Shown here one piece after another: positions 7,902 through 17,467 of a DNA stretch of 64,000 nucleotides. Under the pieces are notes generated by a model. That model worked only from the letters and a program-made list of their open reading frames with translations. It searched no databases and was not told where the DNA came from. Each line of letters begins with the position of its first letter. Position 1 is the stretch's first letter. The position numbers and the translations under genes are program-made. The stretch comes from Candidatus Micrarchaeia archaeon. GTDB lineage: Archaea > Micrarchaeota > Micrarchaeia > Anstonellales > Bilamarchaeaceae. The DNA is taken from positions 67,898 to 131,897 of the forward strand of contig JBAZMS010000002.1 in the NCBI GenBank assembly GCA_041649555.1, written 5' to 3'.

Positions 7902-10900
7902 AAAACCTCCGTATCTCATATTCCTCTTTTGAATACTTTTCAATAGCTTCAACAAACTCAACAGCAGTGCGGATATTTGTAATGCATGGAATTCCAAATT
8001 CAATGCTTTTTCTTCGGATAATAAATCCGTCAATATAGCTTTCCTCTTCCTGCGAGGGAATATTAATCACCAGATCTATTTTTCCAAGGTCAATCAATTC
8101 AATTATATCATAGCTTTCTTTTTCATTTCCAAGCTTATTTACAATTCTGATCTCTCCAATTTCACGAAGTTCAAATGCAGTTCCAGGAGTTGCATATAAA
8201 ATAAATCCAAGGGAATGCAGTTTTCTTGCAATCTCCAAAACTTCTTTTCTGTCTTCTTTGCGGACAGTCAAAAGGACACAACCTTTGGAAGCAACACAAA
8301 TCCCACTTGATTTTAATGCCTTATAATACGCTGATTCAAAATCAGAGCCAATTCCCATGCTCTCTCCGGTGCTTTTCATTTCAGGGCCAAGTAAGATATC
8401 CTCTCCGGGAAGTTTAAGAAAAGGAAAAACAACCCCCTTTACTGCATAATGGGTTATTTTCCTTTCTTTTTCTAAAAGTTTTTCACCAAGCATTGATTCA
8501 ACAGCCAGTTTAACCAGGGAAATATCAATTGATTTGGAAAGAAAAGGAACAGTCCTGCTTGCCCGCGGGTTTGCCTCCAAAATATAAATTTCATTGTCCT
8601 TGACTGCAAACTGGATATTCAAAAATCCGGTTATTCCAAGGGAAAGTGAAATCTCCCGGGTATATTTTTTTATTTTCTCAACTATCTTATAGGATAAATT
8701 GAGGGAAGGAATTACAATATTTGCATCCCCTGAATGCACTCCTGCAAACTCAATGTGCTCCATTACTCCTCCAATGAATACATTAGAGCCGTCACATACT
8801 GCATCAACCTCGCATTCAATTGCATTATCAAGGTATTTATCAATTAATACAGGCTTATCTTCGCTTAGTTCAATTGCACTGTCAATATATTTTTCCAATT
8901 CCACTAAAGAAAACACAATCTGCATTCCGCGCCCTGCAATCACATAAGAAGGGCGCACAATTATTGGATAGCCAAGTTTTTGTGCAGCATCAAATGCCTC
9001 TTCTTTTTTTCTTACAGTAAGGCTTGGGGGCTGTTTTATTTTAAGCCTGTCCATCAAATCCTTGAATTTCTCCCTGTCCTCTGCAATGTCTATACTTTCA
9101 AAAGATGTTCCAAGTATTTTAACCCTGTCTTTTAATTTTTCAGCCAATTTAATTGAAGTCTGTCCTCCAAGCTGCACTATGACCCCTAATAAATTCTCAT
9201 CCAATTCATTCTCAATTATATTCAATACGCTCTCATAATCCAAAGGCTCAAAATATAATCTTGAACTCGAATCAAAATCAGTGCTTACTGTTTCAGGGTT
9301 ATTATTAATCATTACAGATTCAATTCCCATCTTCTTTAAGGCAAAGGAGGCCTGAGAGCAGCAATAGTCAAATTCTATTCCCTGTCCAATCCTTATAGGC
9401 CCTGATCCGATAATTATTACTTTTTTCTTTTTCAAAGAAACTGCCTCGTTTTCAGATTCATAAGTGGAATAAAAATAAGGGGTTATTGCCTCAAATTCTC
9501 CAGAACAGCTGTCAACCATTTTATATACCGGAATTATTCCAAAAGATTTCCTGAGATTTCTTATATTCTCTTCTGTTTTTCCCTTCAGGCTTGCAATTTT
9601 AAGATCACTAATCCCAAGTTTTTTATATTCAGATAGGTTTTCTTTTGTAAGAGTTTCATTTTCAATTTTTTTCTCGGTTAAAATCAGTTTTTCAATTCTT
9701 TTCAAAAACCATCTGTTTATTTTTGTAATAGAATAAATCTCCTCGATTGTTTTTCCATCCCTGAAGGCATCAAAGAGTGCAAATAAGCGGAGATTGGTTG
9801 CAGGCTCAAGATGTTTGATATAATCAAATTTAACAGGAATTTTAATCTCAAGCCCTGCCACTGCCTTTAAGAGAGCCTCTTCAAAACTTCTTCCAATTGC
9901 CATAACCTCTCCGGTACTTTTCATCTGTGTTCCAAGGGTTCTTTTTGCAGAAGAAAACTTGTCAAAAGGCCAGCGGGGAATTTTAACCGTTATATAATCA
10001 AGAGATGGTTCAAGCGAGGAGGTTTTTCCAATTATCGGATTTATGATCTCATTTAGGGTTTTTCCAATGGCAATTTTTGCTGCAATGCGCGCAATAGGAT
10101 ATCCAGTAGCTTTTGATGCAAGGGCAGAAGAACGGGAAAGGCGGGGATTTACTTCAATTACGCTGTATTCTCTAGTTTTCCTGTTATATGCAAACTGGAC
10201 ATTGCATGAACCTTGTATTTCAAGAGCCCGCACTATTTTAATTGAAGCATCACGAAATCTTTGGTGCTCTTTATCAGAAAGGGTTTGTGAAGGCGCAACA
10301 ACAATGCTTTCTCCTGTGTGTATTCCCATTGGGTCAAAATTTTCCATATTGCATATGACAATACAATTATCACCCGAATCCCTGACAATCTCATATTCAA
10401 ATTCCTCCCATCCTTTCACGCTTCTCTCAATTAAAACCTCATGATTCATACTAAGCTTGAATGCAACATCCAGCAGGTTTTTAAGTTCGGTTTCATTATT
10501 TGCAAATCCCCCTCCGCTTCCACCAAGGGTAAATGCAGGGCGCACAATTACAGGGTAATTTATTTTCTCGGCATAAGAATAAGCAGAAGAGTGGTCCTTA
10601 ACACTATAGCTTTCAAGTATTGGAATTCCGATTTCTTTCATCAGGGAATTAAATAATTCCCGGCTCTCGGCTTTTTCAATTGAGTTAAAATCAGTTCCAA
10701 TGAGCTTAACATTATATTTTTCAAGTATTCCCTTTTTTTCAAGCTCAACTGCAAGATTGAGTGCAGTCTGCCCTCCGCAGGTTGCAAGAATTGAATCTAT
10801 TCCCTCGTTTATGATTATTTTTTCAATTGTTTTAATATCCAGGGGCTCAATATAAACTGCATCAGCTGTTTGCCTGTCTGTTTGAATTGTTGCAGGGTTA

Positions 10901-11046
10901 GAATTCACCAAAACAACAAATACTTTTTCTTCCTTTAGTGCCCTGCATGCCTGTGTTCCTGAATAATCAAATTCTGCGCTTTGTCCGATTATAATCGGTC
11001 CGGAACCTATTACAAGAACTTTTTTTACATCAGGCATCAAAAACAC
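7888..11046 (-). CDS. carB: carbamoyl-phosphate synthase large subunit
   Basis: 1052 aa; duplicated ATP-grasp halves (VIGSGPIIIGQSAEFDYSG ... IIGSGPIRIGQGIEFDYC) and a C-terminal MGS-like domain. Confidence 0.9.
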   Translation of the reverse strand: MFLMPDVKKVLVIGSGPIIIGQSAEFDYSGTQACRALKEEKVFVVLVNSNPATIQTDRQTADAVYIEPLDIKTIEKIIINEGIDSILATCGGQTALNLAVELEKKGILEKYNVKLIGTDFNSIEKAESRELFNSLMKEIGIPILESYSVKDHSSAYSYAEKINYPVIVRPAFTLGGSGGGFANNETELKNLLDVAFKLSMNHEVLIERSVKGWEEFEYEIVRDSGDNCIVICNMENFDPMGIHTGESIVVAPSQTLSDKEHQRFRDASIKIVRALEIQGSCNVQFAYNRKTREYSVIEVNPRLSRSSALASKATGYPIARIAAKIAIGKTLNEIINPIIGKTSSLEPSLDYITVKIPRWPFDKFSSAKRTLGTQMKSTGEVMAIGRSFEEALLKAVAGLEIKIPVKFDYIKHLEPATNLRLFALFDAFRDGKTIEEIYSITKINRWFLKRIEKLILTEKKIENETLTKENLSEYKKLGISDLKIASLKGKTEENIRNLRKSFGIIPVYKMVDSCSGEFEAITPYFYSTYESENEAVSLKKKKVIIIGSGPIRIGQGIEFDYCCSQASFALKKMGIESVMINNNPETVSTDFDSSSRLYFEPLDYESVLNIIENELDENLLGVIVQLGGQTSIKLAEKLKDRVKILGTSFESIDIAEDREKFKDLMDRLKIKQPPSLTVRKKEEAFDAAQKLGYPIIVRPSYVIAGRGMQIVFSLVELEKYIDSAIELSEDKPVLIDKYLDNAIECEVDAVCDGSNVFIGGVMEHIEFAGVHSGDANIVIPSLNLSYKIVEKIKKYTREISLSLGITGFLNIQFAVKDNEIYILEANPRASRTVPFLSKSIDISLVKLAVESMLGEKLLEKERKITHYAVKGVVFPFLKLPGEDILLGPEMKSTGESMGIGSDFESAYYKALKSSGICVASKGCVLLTVRKEDRKEVLEIARKLHSLGFILYATPGTAFELREIGEIRIVNKLGNEKESYDIIELIDLGKIDLVINIPSQEEESYIDGFIIRRKSIEFGIPCITNIRTAVEFVEAIEKYSKEEYEIRRFYDYE

Positions 11047-11081
11047 TTTCGAGAATTAGAATTTTATATCAACTGAACTTA

Positions 11082-11128
11082 TTTATATATCTTTTGTTTC
11101 AATTAGAACAATAAAGTTGCAGGGGATA
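11082..11128. repeat. 47-bp direct repeat copy 1 (contains TTTATATA box)
   Basis: 'TTTATATATCTTTTGTTTCAATTAGAACAATAAAGTTGCAGGgGATA' identical (42/42 core) to 12647-12693. Confidence 0.8.
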
Positions 11129-11152
11129 TTATTTTATAATTTAAAAACTGAT

Positions 11153-11260
11153 AAAAAAGGTTATGAAAATAAAGGTTATAAAAATAACCTAAAATATTAA
11201 GAATATAAATATAATACCTAATAAAATAATAGATACCTTTAAAAAAGGTTATGAAAATAA
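11153..11260. promoter_or_regulatory. upstream region of the Arch_ATPase gene with two exact 20-nt direct repeats and a 7-bp-arm inverted repeat
   Basis: 'AAAAAAGGTTATGAAAATAA' at 11153-11172 and 11241-11260; 'AGGTTAT-AAAA-ATAACCT' at 11173-11190. Confidence 0.5.
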
Positions 11261-11267
11261 TCTTATT

Positions 11268-12641
11268 ATGAAATTCTACAACAGGGAAGCTGAAAAAAAG
11301 GCATTGGAAGATGCAATAAAAAAATCCCCGGCCCTAATTCTAATTAAAGGCAGAAGGAGAGTTGGAAAAACCGCCCTGATACTTAATTCAATAAAAGAAA
11401 ATGCAATCTATTTTTTTATAGACAATAAAAAAACTGAAAAAAATCTTTTATTTGAATTCGAAGAAATATTAAAAAAGGAGTTGAATCTTCCAAATTACAT
11501 AAAAATTGAAAAATGGGAGCATTTCTTTCAAATTATTTTTGAAAGCAAAAAAACAATTATACTAGACGAATTCCAGAGAATTCTGGGCATCTCCCCTTCT
11601 GCAATAAACCAACTGCAAAAATTCTGGGATTTGAATCCTCCAAAAAATGCCCTGATACTCTCCGGCTCAAATATAGGAATGATAAAAAAAATATTCATAA
11701 ATGAGGGTTCCCCACTATTTAAAAGAGCGACAATGGACATGACCTTAAAATCATTGGATTTTTCGGTATGCAAAAAAATACTAAAAGATCTTGGAATAAA
11801 AGATTTTGAAAACCAGTTTAAAATCTATTCAATTATAGGCGGGATTCCTTATTACTATAGTCTTTTGCAGAATGAAACTATAGAATCATGGAAGGATGTT
11901 GTAAAAATCATATTTCTCAATCCGTTTTCTCCGCTAAAAAATGAGGTAAATGATACATTAATAGAAGGTTTTGGAAAAGAGCATTTAAGTTATTATGCAG
12001 TATTAAATGCAATTGCCCTTGGAAAAACCACAAAAAAAGAAATCTCTGATTTTTCAGGAATATTGCCTTCTTCCATTTCCCCTTATTTATATGATTTGGG
12101 AAATCTTTTGGATATAATAGAATATGAAATTCCGATAACTGAAAAAAAACCGTGGAAAACAAAGCTTGGAAGATTTATTCTAAAGGATAATTTCTTCAGA
12201 TTTTGGTTTAAATTTATATTTAGGCATCAAAGTATTTATGAAAAAGCGAATTATTCATATTTATTTGAATTAATAGAAAAGGATTTTGATTCATTTTCAG
12301 GATTTTCATTTGAAAATGTTGCAAGGGAATTTATACTAAAATTAAACAATAAAAATAATCTTCCGGTTAAATTTGACAAAATCGGCAGATGGTGGGATAG
12401 AAAAGGTCAGGAAATAGACATGGTTCTAATTTCTGATAGGGATGATGCAATAATGCTTATTGAATGCAAATGGAAGGAAGATGCAAACCCGGAAATGATA
12501 TTGTCCTCTCTAATGGAAAAGGAAAAATTCCTAAACCATAAAAAGAAAAATGTTTTCTATGGAATTATTGCAAAAAGTTTTAAAAATAAAACAAAAAATG
12601 CAATAGTTTTTGATATTAATGATCTGGAAAAAAATTTATAA
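11268..12641 (+). CDS. archaeal ATPase (Arch_ATPase/AAA + DUF234-type C-terminus)
   Basis: Walker A 'GRRRVGKTAL', Walker B-like 'IILDEFQ', and a C-terminal 'IGRWWDRKGQEIDMVLI...LIECKWKE' DUF234 signature. Confidence 0.7.
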   Translation: MKFYNREAEKKALEDAIKKSPALILIKGRRRVGKTALILNSIKENAIYFFIDNKKTEKNLLFEFEEILKKELNLPNYIKIEKWEHFFQIIFESKKTIILDEFQRILGISPSAINQLQKFWDLNPPKNALILSGSNIGMIKKIFINEGSPLFKRATMDMTLKSLDFSVCKKILKDLGIKDFENQFKIYSIIGGIPYYYSLLQNETIESWKDVVKIIFLNPFSPLKNEVNDTLIEGFGKEHLSYYAVLNAIALGKTTKKEISDFSGILPSSISPYLYDLGNLLDIIEYEIPITEKKPWKTKLGRFILKDNFFRFWFKFIFRHQSIYEKANYSYLFELIEKDFDSFSGFSFENVAREFILKLNNKNNLPVKFDKIGRWWDRKGQEIDMVLISDRDDAIMLIECKWKEDANPEMILSSLMEKEKFLNHKKKNVFYGIIAKSFKNKTKNAIVFDINDLEKNL

Positions 12642-12646
12642 TTTCT

Positions 12647-12693
12647 TTATATATCTTTTGTTTCAATTAGAACAATAAAGTTGCAGGAGATAC
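12647..12693. repeat. 47-bp direct repeat copy 2 = promoter of the downstream ACT-domain gene
   Basis: Same sequence as 11082-11128; its TTTATATA box is ~25 nt upstream of the inferred transcription start and the gene starts at 12697. Confidence 0.8.
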
Positions 12694-12696
12694 AAA

Positions 12697-13299
12697 ATGA
12701 AAAAGGAAAATATTTCAAATCTAATTTCTTTATATGTGAAAAGAAGGCCATTCATAAAAGAATCACTAAGAGATGGAATAATAAACTACAGCTCACTTGC
12801 ACGAAAAATTTCCTATGAGCTATATGGCAATCATTCAAAAACAGGAGCAATAAAAGTTGCACTTCAAAGATTATCAAAAAAACTAATCGAAAAGGAAGAG
12901 GATTTAGAGCAAAAGATTTTAGCAGTTCTAAAAAACAGCTCATTGGATATAAAAAATAAGATTGCAGTGGTCATTTCTTCATCAGAGTTAAATATAAAAC
13001 CCATTTCGTATGCAAAAAGCGATTTATCAGTAACTTATATATTAAAAGAAGAGCAGCTTTTGGATCTTAAAAAAGAAAGAAAAATAAAAGCAGTGGAAAA
13101 AAATCTGAATCTGATAACAATTAAAAGCAGGGAGGAATTGGAAAATACCCCGGGGGTTTTATCAATGATTCTTGGAGCATTGGCAATTGAAGGAATAAAT
13201 ATACAAGAAATCATCTCCTGCTACACTGATACATTAATAGTTGTAAAAGAATCAGATACTTCAAGGGCTTATGATATCCTTAATGCACTGCTAAAGTAA
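12697..13299 (+). CDS. ACT-domain-containing protein
   Basis: C-terminal ~70 aa 'LITIKSREELENTPGVLSMILGALAIEGINIQEI...LIVVKESDTSRAYDILNALL' has the ACT beta-alpha-beta-beta-alpha-beta pattern. Confidence 0.5.
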   Translation: MKKENISNLISLYVKRRPFIKESLRDGIINYSSLARKISYELYGNHSKTGAIKVALQRLSKKLIEKEEDLEQKILAVLKNSSLDIKNKIAVVISSSELNIKPISYAKSDLSVTYILKEEQLLDLKKERKIKAVEKNLNLITIKSREELENTPGVLSMILGALAIEGINIQEIISCYTDTLIVVKESDTSRAYDILNALLK

Positions 13300-13923
13300 T
13301 TGTCCAACAGATACAAGTATGAGCATCAGGAAAAACAATATCTGAATAAAAACTAAAACAATTACTCCTATTTTTATATTTGATATTATTCCTTTTATAT
13401 TCTCCTTTTGAGAGAAAAGGTCAGTTCGCTGGGCCTTTATGCTATCTTGAAGTTCTCCAACATTTTTGCCAATATCTTCAATGGTTTCGGTGTGATTTGA
13501 AATCGATTCTCCGGCATCCCCAAGGTTTTCTGCGCTTTCTATTAGATCTTCTCCGGTTTCTTTTAAATCAGAGCCAAGCCCGAATGCACTTCCCGCGCTT
13601 CCAAGATTTTTTATGGTGTTTCCGAGGGTTTCAATAGAATTTGAAAATCCACCAAGCGATTCTTTCATTATCGAAAGGGTCGAGTTAATATTTGAAACTT
13701 CAATTTCAAGGCCTTCAAGGCCTTCTTCCAATTCAATAATGCTATTAATTACCTGATCCAATTGAACTTCTATTATTTTTTCAGTATTGTCTAATGCTCC
13801 GTAAATTAAGAATCCGAAAACAAGGCTGAATAAAATTCCGATAACTCCAATTAACACTGCAACATAATAGATTCCTTTTTTTAGAAATTCCATTTCGGTT
13901 TTTGATTCCTTTTCTTCACCCAT
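13291..13923 (-). CDS. hypothetical membrane protein (N- and C-terminal TM helices flanking a coiled-coil/Gly-rich region)
   Basis: Hydrophobic segments at both ends; central heptad-like repeats. Confidence 0.3.
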   Translation of the reverse strand: MGEEKESKTEMEFLKKGIYYVAVLIGVIGILFSLVFGFLIYGALDNTEKIIEVQLDQVINSIIELEEGLEGLEIEVSNINSTLSIMKESLGGFSNSIETLGNTIKNLGSAGSAFGLGSDLKETGEDLIESAENLGDAGESISNHTETIEDIGKNVGELQDSIKAQRTDLFSQKENIKGIISNIKIGVIVLVFIQILFFLMLILVSVGQLL

Positions 13924-13958
13924 AATAATTAGTTTTTACGAAATGTTTTATAAATAAA

Positions 13959-14582
13959 ATGGTATTACACTTATTTATGATTTCATTAATTTTAATTGGA
14001 ATATTTGTAATAGTATATCTTCTTGAAATTTTTCTCGGAATGCCCTTTACCTCTGCATTATGGTTTGATCCTGCAACTTTTCCAACCCATCCGTGGACTG
14101 CAATTACAAGCGTATTTTTACATTCTCCTGCAGATCCGATGCATCTGCTCTTTAATGCCTTCGTACTTTTCATGTTCGGGCCAATTTTAGAACGCAAGAT
14201 AAAAAGAAATAATTTTATAATTCTTTTTCTTGGAGCAGGAATTGCAGGAAGTATCACCTATTATTTAAGCTCTTATCTGAATGTAATGCTCGGGTTTTCA
14301 GATTCACTTGTTCCAGCTTTGGGGGCATCAGGAGCAATATACGGAGTTTTGGGTGCATTGGCAGTTTTGCTTCCGGGCATGATGATTTATGTCTGGTTTA
14401 TTCCAATGAGAATGAGGACTGCTGCAATGCTTTTTGTTGCAATAGAACTTTTTGGAAGTTTTAATGCTGCATCAGGTATAGCCTCTGCAGGACATCTTGG
14501 AGGACTGCTTTTCGGATTCATTTTTGCGTATTATCTTAAAAACAAGGAAAAAAAACAGGATAATTTTTATTCAACATACTGA
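13959..14582 (+). CDS. rhomboid-family intramembrane serine protease
   Basis: 'GASGAIYGVLGA' (GxSG catalytic Ser) and 'SAGHLGGLLFGF' (catalytic His) within ~6 TM segments. Confidence 0.7.
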   Translation: MVLHLFMISLILIGIFVIVYLLEIFLGMPFTSALWFDPATFPTHPWTAITSVFLHSPADPMHLLFNAFVLFMFGPILERKIKRNNFIILFLGAGIAGSITYYLSSYLNVMLGFSDSLVPALGASGAIYGVLGALAVLLPGMMIYVWFIPMRMRTAAMLFVAIELFGSFNAASGIASAGHLGGLLFGFIFAYYLKNKEKKQDNFYSTY

Positions 14583-15542
14583 TTTTTCCTCCTTTTTCCA
14601 AAGCTCAAAAAACAGTATTGAAAATAAAATCAGCATTATTGCAAGATAGAGCGAACTGAAATGAATCCGGGTATCTACTGCATATCTTGAGATTCCATCT
14701 ATTATTGAGAGATAATTAAATATAGAATGAATCAGGACTGCCCCGACAAAACCAAAAATCGTCCATTTTATTTCTTTTCTTTCTTTTGCAATTGCAATTC
14801 CTGCCCCTGCAATTGCAGTAAATATTCCATGCCCTGCCCCTGCAAGAATGCTTCTGGCAAAAATAAAGCTTACCCATTCATAGATTCCAATTCCAATTGG
14901 AGAATTTTGGGTATAATATACCCAGTCTTCAATGAAAGCAAATCCGGTTCCAATTATAAAACCAAAAACAAGCCCGTCAAAAATACCATTAAATTTCCTG
15001 CTTTTTGAAAGAATTAAAAGTCCGATAATTTTTAGTCCCTCTTCAACAAAAGGTGAAACAATTACCGAGTTTATCTGGGAATATCCAAATCCGTATATAA
15101 TGGAGGTATTTATAAAAAAGGAAAGAACTGCTGCAGTGCAGCCCCATAAAAAAAGAGTCGGAAACATGGCCAGCGGCTCTTTATGTTTGTAATCTGTTAT
15201 CCATATAATTGTAGCATACATTATTGCAATAGAAAAAGATATGAGTCCGGAAGCAAGAAAAACTGCCAAAGCCTGTTCTTCTGAATAATTAAAATACTGG
15301 ATCATTAAAGATAGCAATATCAAACAAAAGCTGGCAATTATTCCTATTTGAACTATCCAGTAAACAGGAGAAAACAAAATATTGAAAAGAAGGTCTTTCA
15401 TCTTTCTTTTTTTGTTTTTTATTGTAAATACATTCACAATTTCCTTTTTATTGTGGAATTTTTTGATCAGATTGTAGGTTATAAAAATGGATATTGCAAA
15501 TATTATGAAAAAGAATATTCCGATCTCAGCTAGTATCTCCAT
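14571..15542 (-). CDS. PrsW-like intramembrane metalloprotease
   Basis: Polytopic membrane protein with 'VEEGLK' (EExxK), 'FAFIED' (FxxxE) and 'HGIFTAI'/'HSIFN' motifs recalled for the PrsW family. Confidence 0.45.
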   Translation of the reverse strand: MEILAEIGIFFFIIFAISIFITYNLIKKFHNKKEIVNVFTIKNKKRKMKDLLFNILFSPVYWIVQIGIIASFCLILLSLMIQYFNYSEEQALAVFLASGLISFSIAIMYATIIWITDYKHKEPLAMFPTLFLWGCTAAVLSFFINTSIIYGFGYSQINSVIVSPFVEEGLKIIGLLILSKSRKFNGIFDGLVFGFIIGTGFAFIEDWVYYTQNSPIGIGIYEWVSFIFARSILAGAGHGIFTAIAGAGIAIAKERKEIKWTIFGFVGAVLIHSIFNYLSIIDGISRYAVDTRIHFSSLYLAIMLILFSILFFELWKKEEKSVC

Positions 15543-15589
15543 TATCAGAAATAAAAGAATGAGGTTTTTATAACTTACGATGAAATCTT

Positions 15590-15985
15590 TTATTCATCCT
15601 GCTTTTTTAGAAGCATAACTAATTTTTCCTCATTTTCGCAGCTTTTATCCAAAACAATAAAATCTATTCCGCTTATTTTAACTGTTTTTCCAATAAGTAT
15701 CTTTTGTGGATTGGACATTGCATCAGTTTGGACTATCGTATATCTGTTTTCTCCTCCAAACCCGCAATAAAGTGCATCAACCTGAATGTAGCCTTTTTCA
15801 TAATATATTTTATCTCCAACACCTATACTTATTTCGTCTCCAAATGTATAGGTATAATCAAAAGGATTGAGTGCATTATATTTTTCCATCAAATCAGTTC
15901 TTCCAGAAAACTGCATTAATAACATAACAAAAAATGCCGACACTAAAACAAGAGCAAATATATTTCTCATTTTTAATTTTTCCAT
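15590..15985 (-). CDS. hypothetical secreted/membrane-anchored protein
   Basis: N-terminal signal/TM helix 'IFALVLVSAFFVMLLM'; no motif. Confidence 0.3.
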   Translation of the reverse strand: MEKLKMRNIFALVLVSAFFVMLLMQFSGRTDLMEKYNALNPFDYTYTFGDEISIGVGDKIYYEKGYIQVDALYCGFGGENRYTIVQTDAMSNPQKILIGKTVKISGIDFIVLDKSCENEEKLVMLLKKQDE

Positions 15986-16016
15986 AGTATTATTTAGAGA
16001 TTAAATATTATTAAAC

Positions 16017-16595
16017 CTATCTGATTAATTCTCCAAGAATTTTTGAGGATTTTAATCTGATTTCTTCATGAAGGCTGTTTTTGTGGCAGTCCATAGTTAC
16101 TATTGCAGGAAAATTTTCGACCCTAATTTTCCACATTGCCTCAGGAATTCCAAATTCTTCAAGCATATATACATTCTCGACCTTTTTTATGCAATTTGAT
16201 AAATATGCTCCGGCCCCTCCGATTGCACTTAGATAAACTGCCTTAAAATCTCGTAGTGCTTCAAGGGTTTTTCCCCCCATTCCGCCCTTTCCAATTATTA
16301 TCCGTATTCCATAATTTTTTATTAAATCATGTTCATAAGGTTCTTCACGCATGCTTGTTGTCGGGCCGGCAGAAATTATCTTCCATTCATTCTTTTCTTT
16401 TTTTACAATCGGGCCCAAGTGATAAATAACGCCCCCCTCAAGCGAAAAAGGAAGATCTCTTTTTTCTTGTGTTAAATATAAATGAGCCCTGTCTCTTGCA
16501 CTTACAATTTCTCCATTCAAGAATATGAAATCCCCTATCTTTAGTTTTTTGATTTCATTTTCACTAATAGGGGTATTCAAGTTTATAATCTTCAT
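16017..16595 (-). CDS. fumB: class I (Fe-S) fumarate hydratase, beta subunit
   Basis: C-terminal Fe-S hydro-lyase beta-type domain ('IIIGKGGMGGKT', 'AVYLSAIGGAGAYL'); overlaps and is co-oriented with the alpha subunit. Confidence 0.7.
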   Translation of the reverse strand: MKIINLNTPISENEIKKLKIGDFIFLNGEIVSARDRAHLYLTQEKRDLPFSLEGGVIYHLGPIVKKEKNEWKIISAGPTTSMREEPYEHDLIKNYGIRIIIGKGGMGGKTLEALRDFKAVYLSAIGGAGAYLSNCIKKVENVYMLEEFGIPEAMWKIRVENFPAIVTMDCHKNSLHEEIRLKSSKILGELIR

Positions 16596-17463
16596 ATTTT
16601 ATCTCTCCCATTTCATTTATTCTAATTGTATTTCTTCTAAGAGCCCAGCAGGAAAATAATACTTCAACAAAATATGATGCAGGATGCCTGTGCAAGGCGA
16701 GTATCTTTACATCCAAAAGGGTATTTTCCCCTCCAAGCCCCATTGGTCCAATTCCAAGAGAATTGCCTTCTTTCAATATTCTTTTTTCAAGCCCGTCCAA
16801 TTCTGTATTTTCATTTTCTCTTCCAATATTTTCAAGAAGTTGTTTTTTTGCATAAAAGGAAATAAGGTCTTTTGAGCCACCAATACAAACACTTGCAATT
16901 TCAGGAGGGCATCCTTTTCCCTGAGCCTGAAATATTGCATCCAAAACGCATTTTCTAACTCCGTTTAGATTTCTTTGTGCGTTTAGCAAGGCATCCGGAA
17001 GCGAATACCGCTTGCCTATATTTTCACTTCCCCCTCCTTTCAAAAGAAGAGAAATTTTAAGGTCTTTTCCTTTTTTTTGGGTAAAATAAATCTGGGGTAT
17101 TCCATTTCCGGTATTATCATTGGAATTTTTGCCATTCAAAGAATCAACTGAATTTGGCCGTAATGGAACAGATTTTGTCGCAATACAGGTTGCCTCAATT
17201 ATTATTTTTTTTAGCTCATCTTGTGAAAAATTATCTCCGTATTCTATATAAAATATTGGTATCCCTGTATCCTGGCATATCGGAAGTTTTTTTTCTTTTG
17301 CAATGGAACAATTTTTGATTATATCTAAAAGTATCCCATTTGCATTTTGGTTTGTTTCCCTGGATTTTGCATTTTTAAGCGCCTCAAGCACATCTTCTGG
17401 AATATTCGTTGCAGTTTTTTCATACAATTTCAAAACTGCCTCAATCATCTTCTTTTTTTCCAT
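16564..17463 (-). CDS. fumA: class I (Fe-S) fumarate hydratase, alpha subunit
   Basis: 'CQDTGIPIFYIEYG' signature of the Fe-S hydro-lyase alpha domain; Cys ligands present. Confidence 0.7.
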   Translation of the reverse strand: MEKKKMIEAVLKLYEKTATNIPEDVLEALKNAKSRETNQNANGILLDIIKNCSIAKEKKLPICQDTGIPIFYIEYGDNFSQDELKKIIIEATCIATKSVPLRPNSVDSLNGKNSNDNTGNGIPQIYFTQKKGKDLKISLLLKGGGSENIGKRYSLPDALLNAQRNLNGVRKCVLDAIFQAQGKGCPPEIASVCIGGSKDLISFYAKKQLLENIGRENENTELDGLEKRILKEGNSLGIGPMGLGGENTLLDVKILALHRHPASYFVEVLFSCWALRRNTIRINEMGEIKYEDYKLEYPY

Positions 17464-17467
17464 TCAT

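Noticed and set aside
6855-8033. ORF-track start of carA at 8033 (392 aa), overlapping carB by ~145 nt
   Set aside because: An internal ATG at 7901 is 4 nt downstream of a GGAGGT Shine-Dalgarno and gives the normal CarA N-terminus. The longer version would place ~45 unrelated residues inside carB.
11082-12693. The 47-bp repeats (GTTTCAATTAGAACAATAAAGTTGCAGG core) superficially resemble a CRISPR repeat
   Set aside because: Only two copies, 1.56 kb apart, flanking a protein-coding gene. There are no regularly spaced short spacers and no cas genes. Each copy carries a TATA box and behaves as a promoter.
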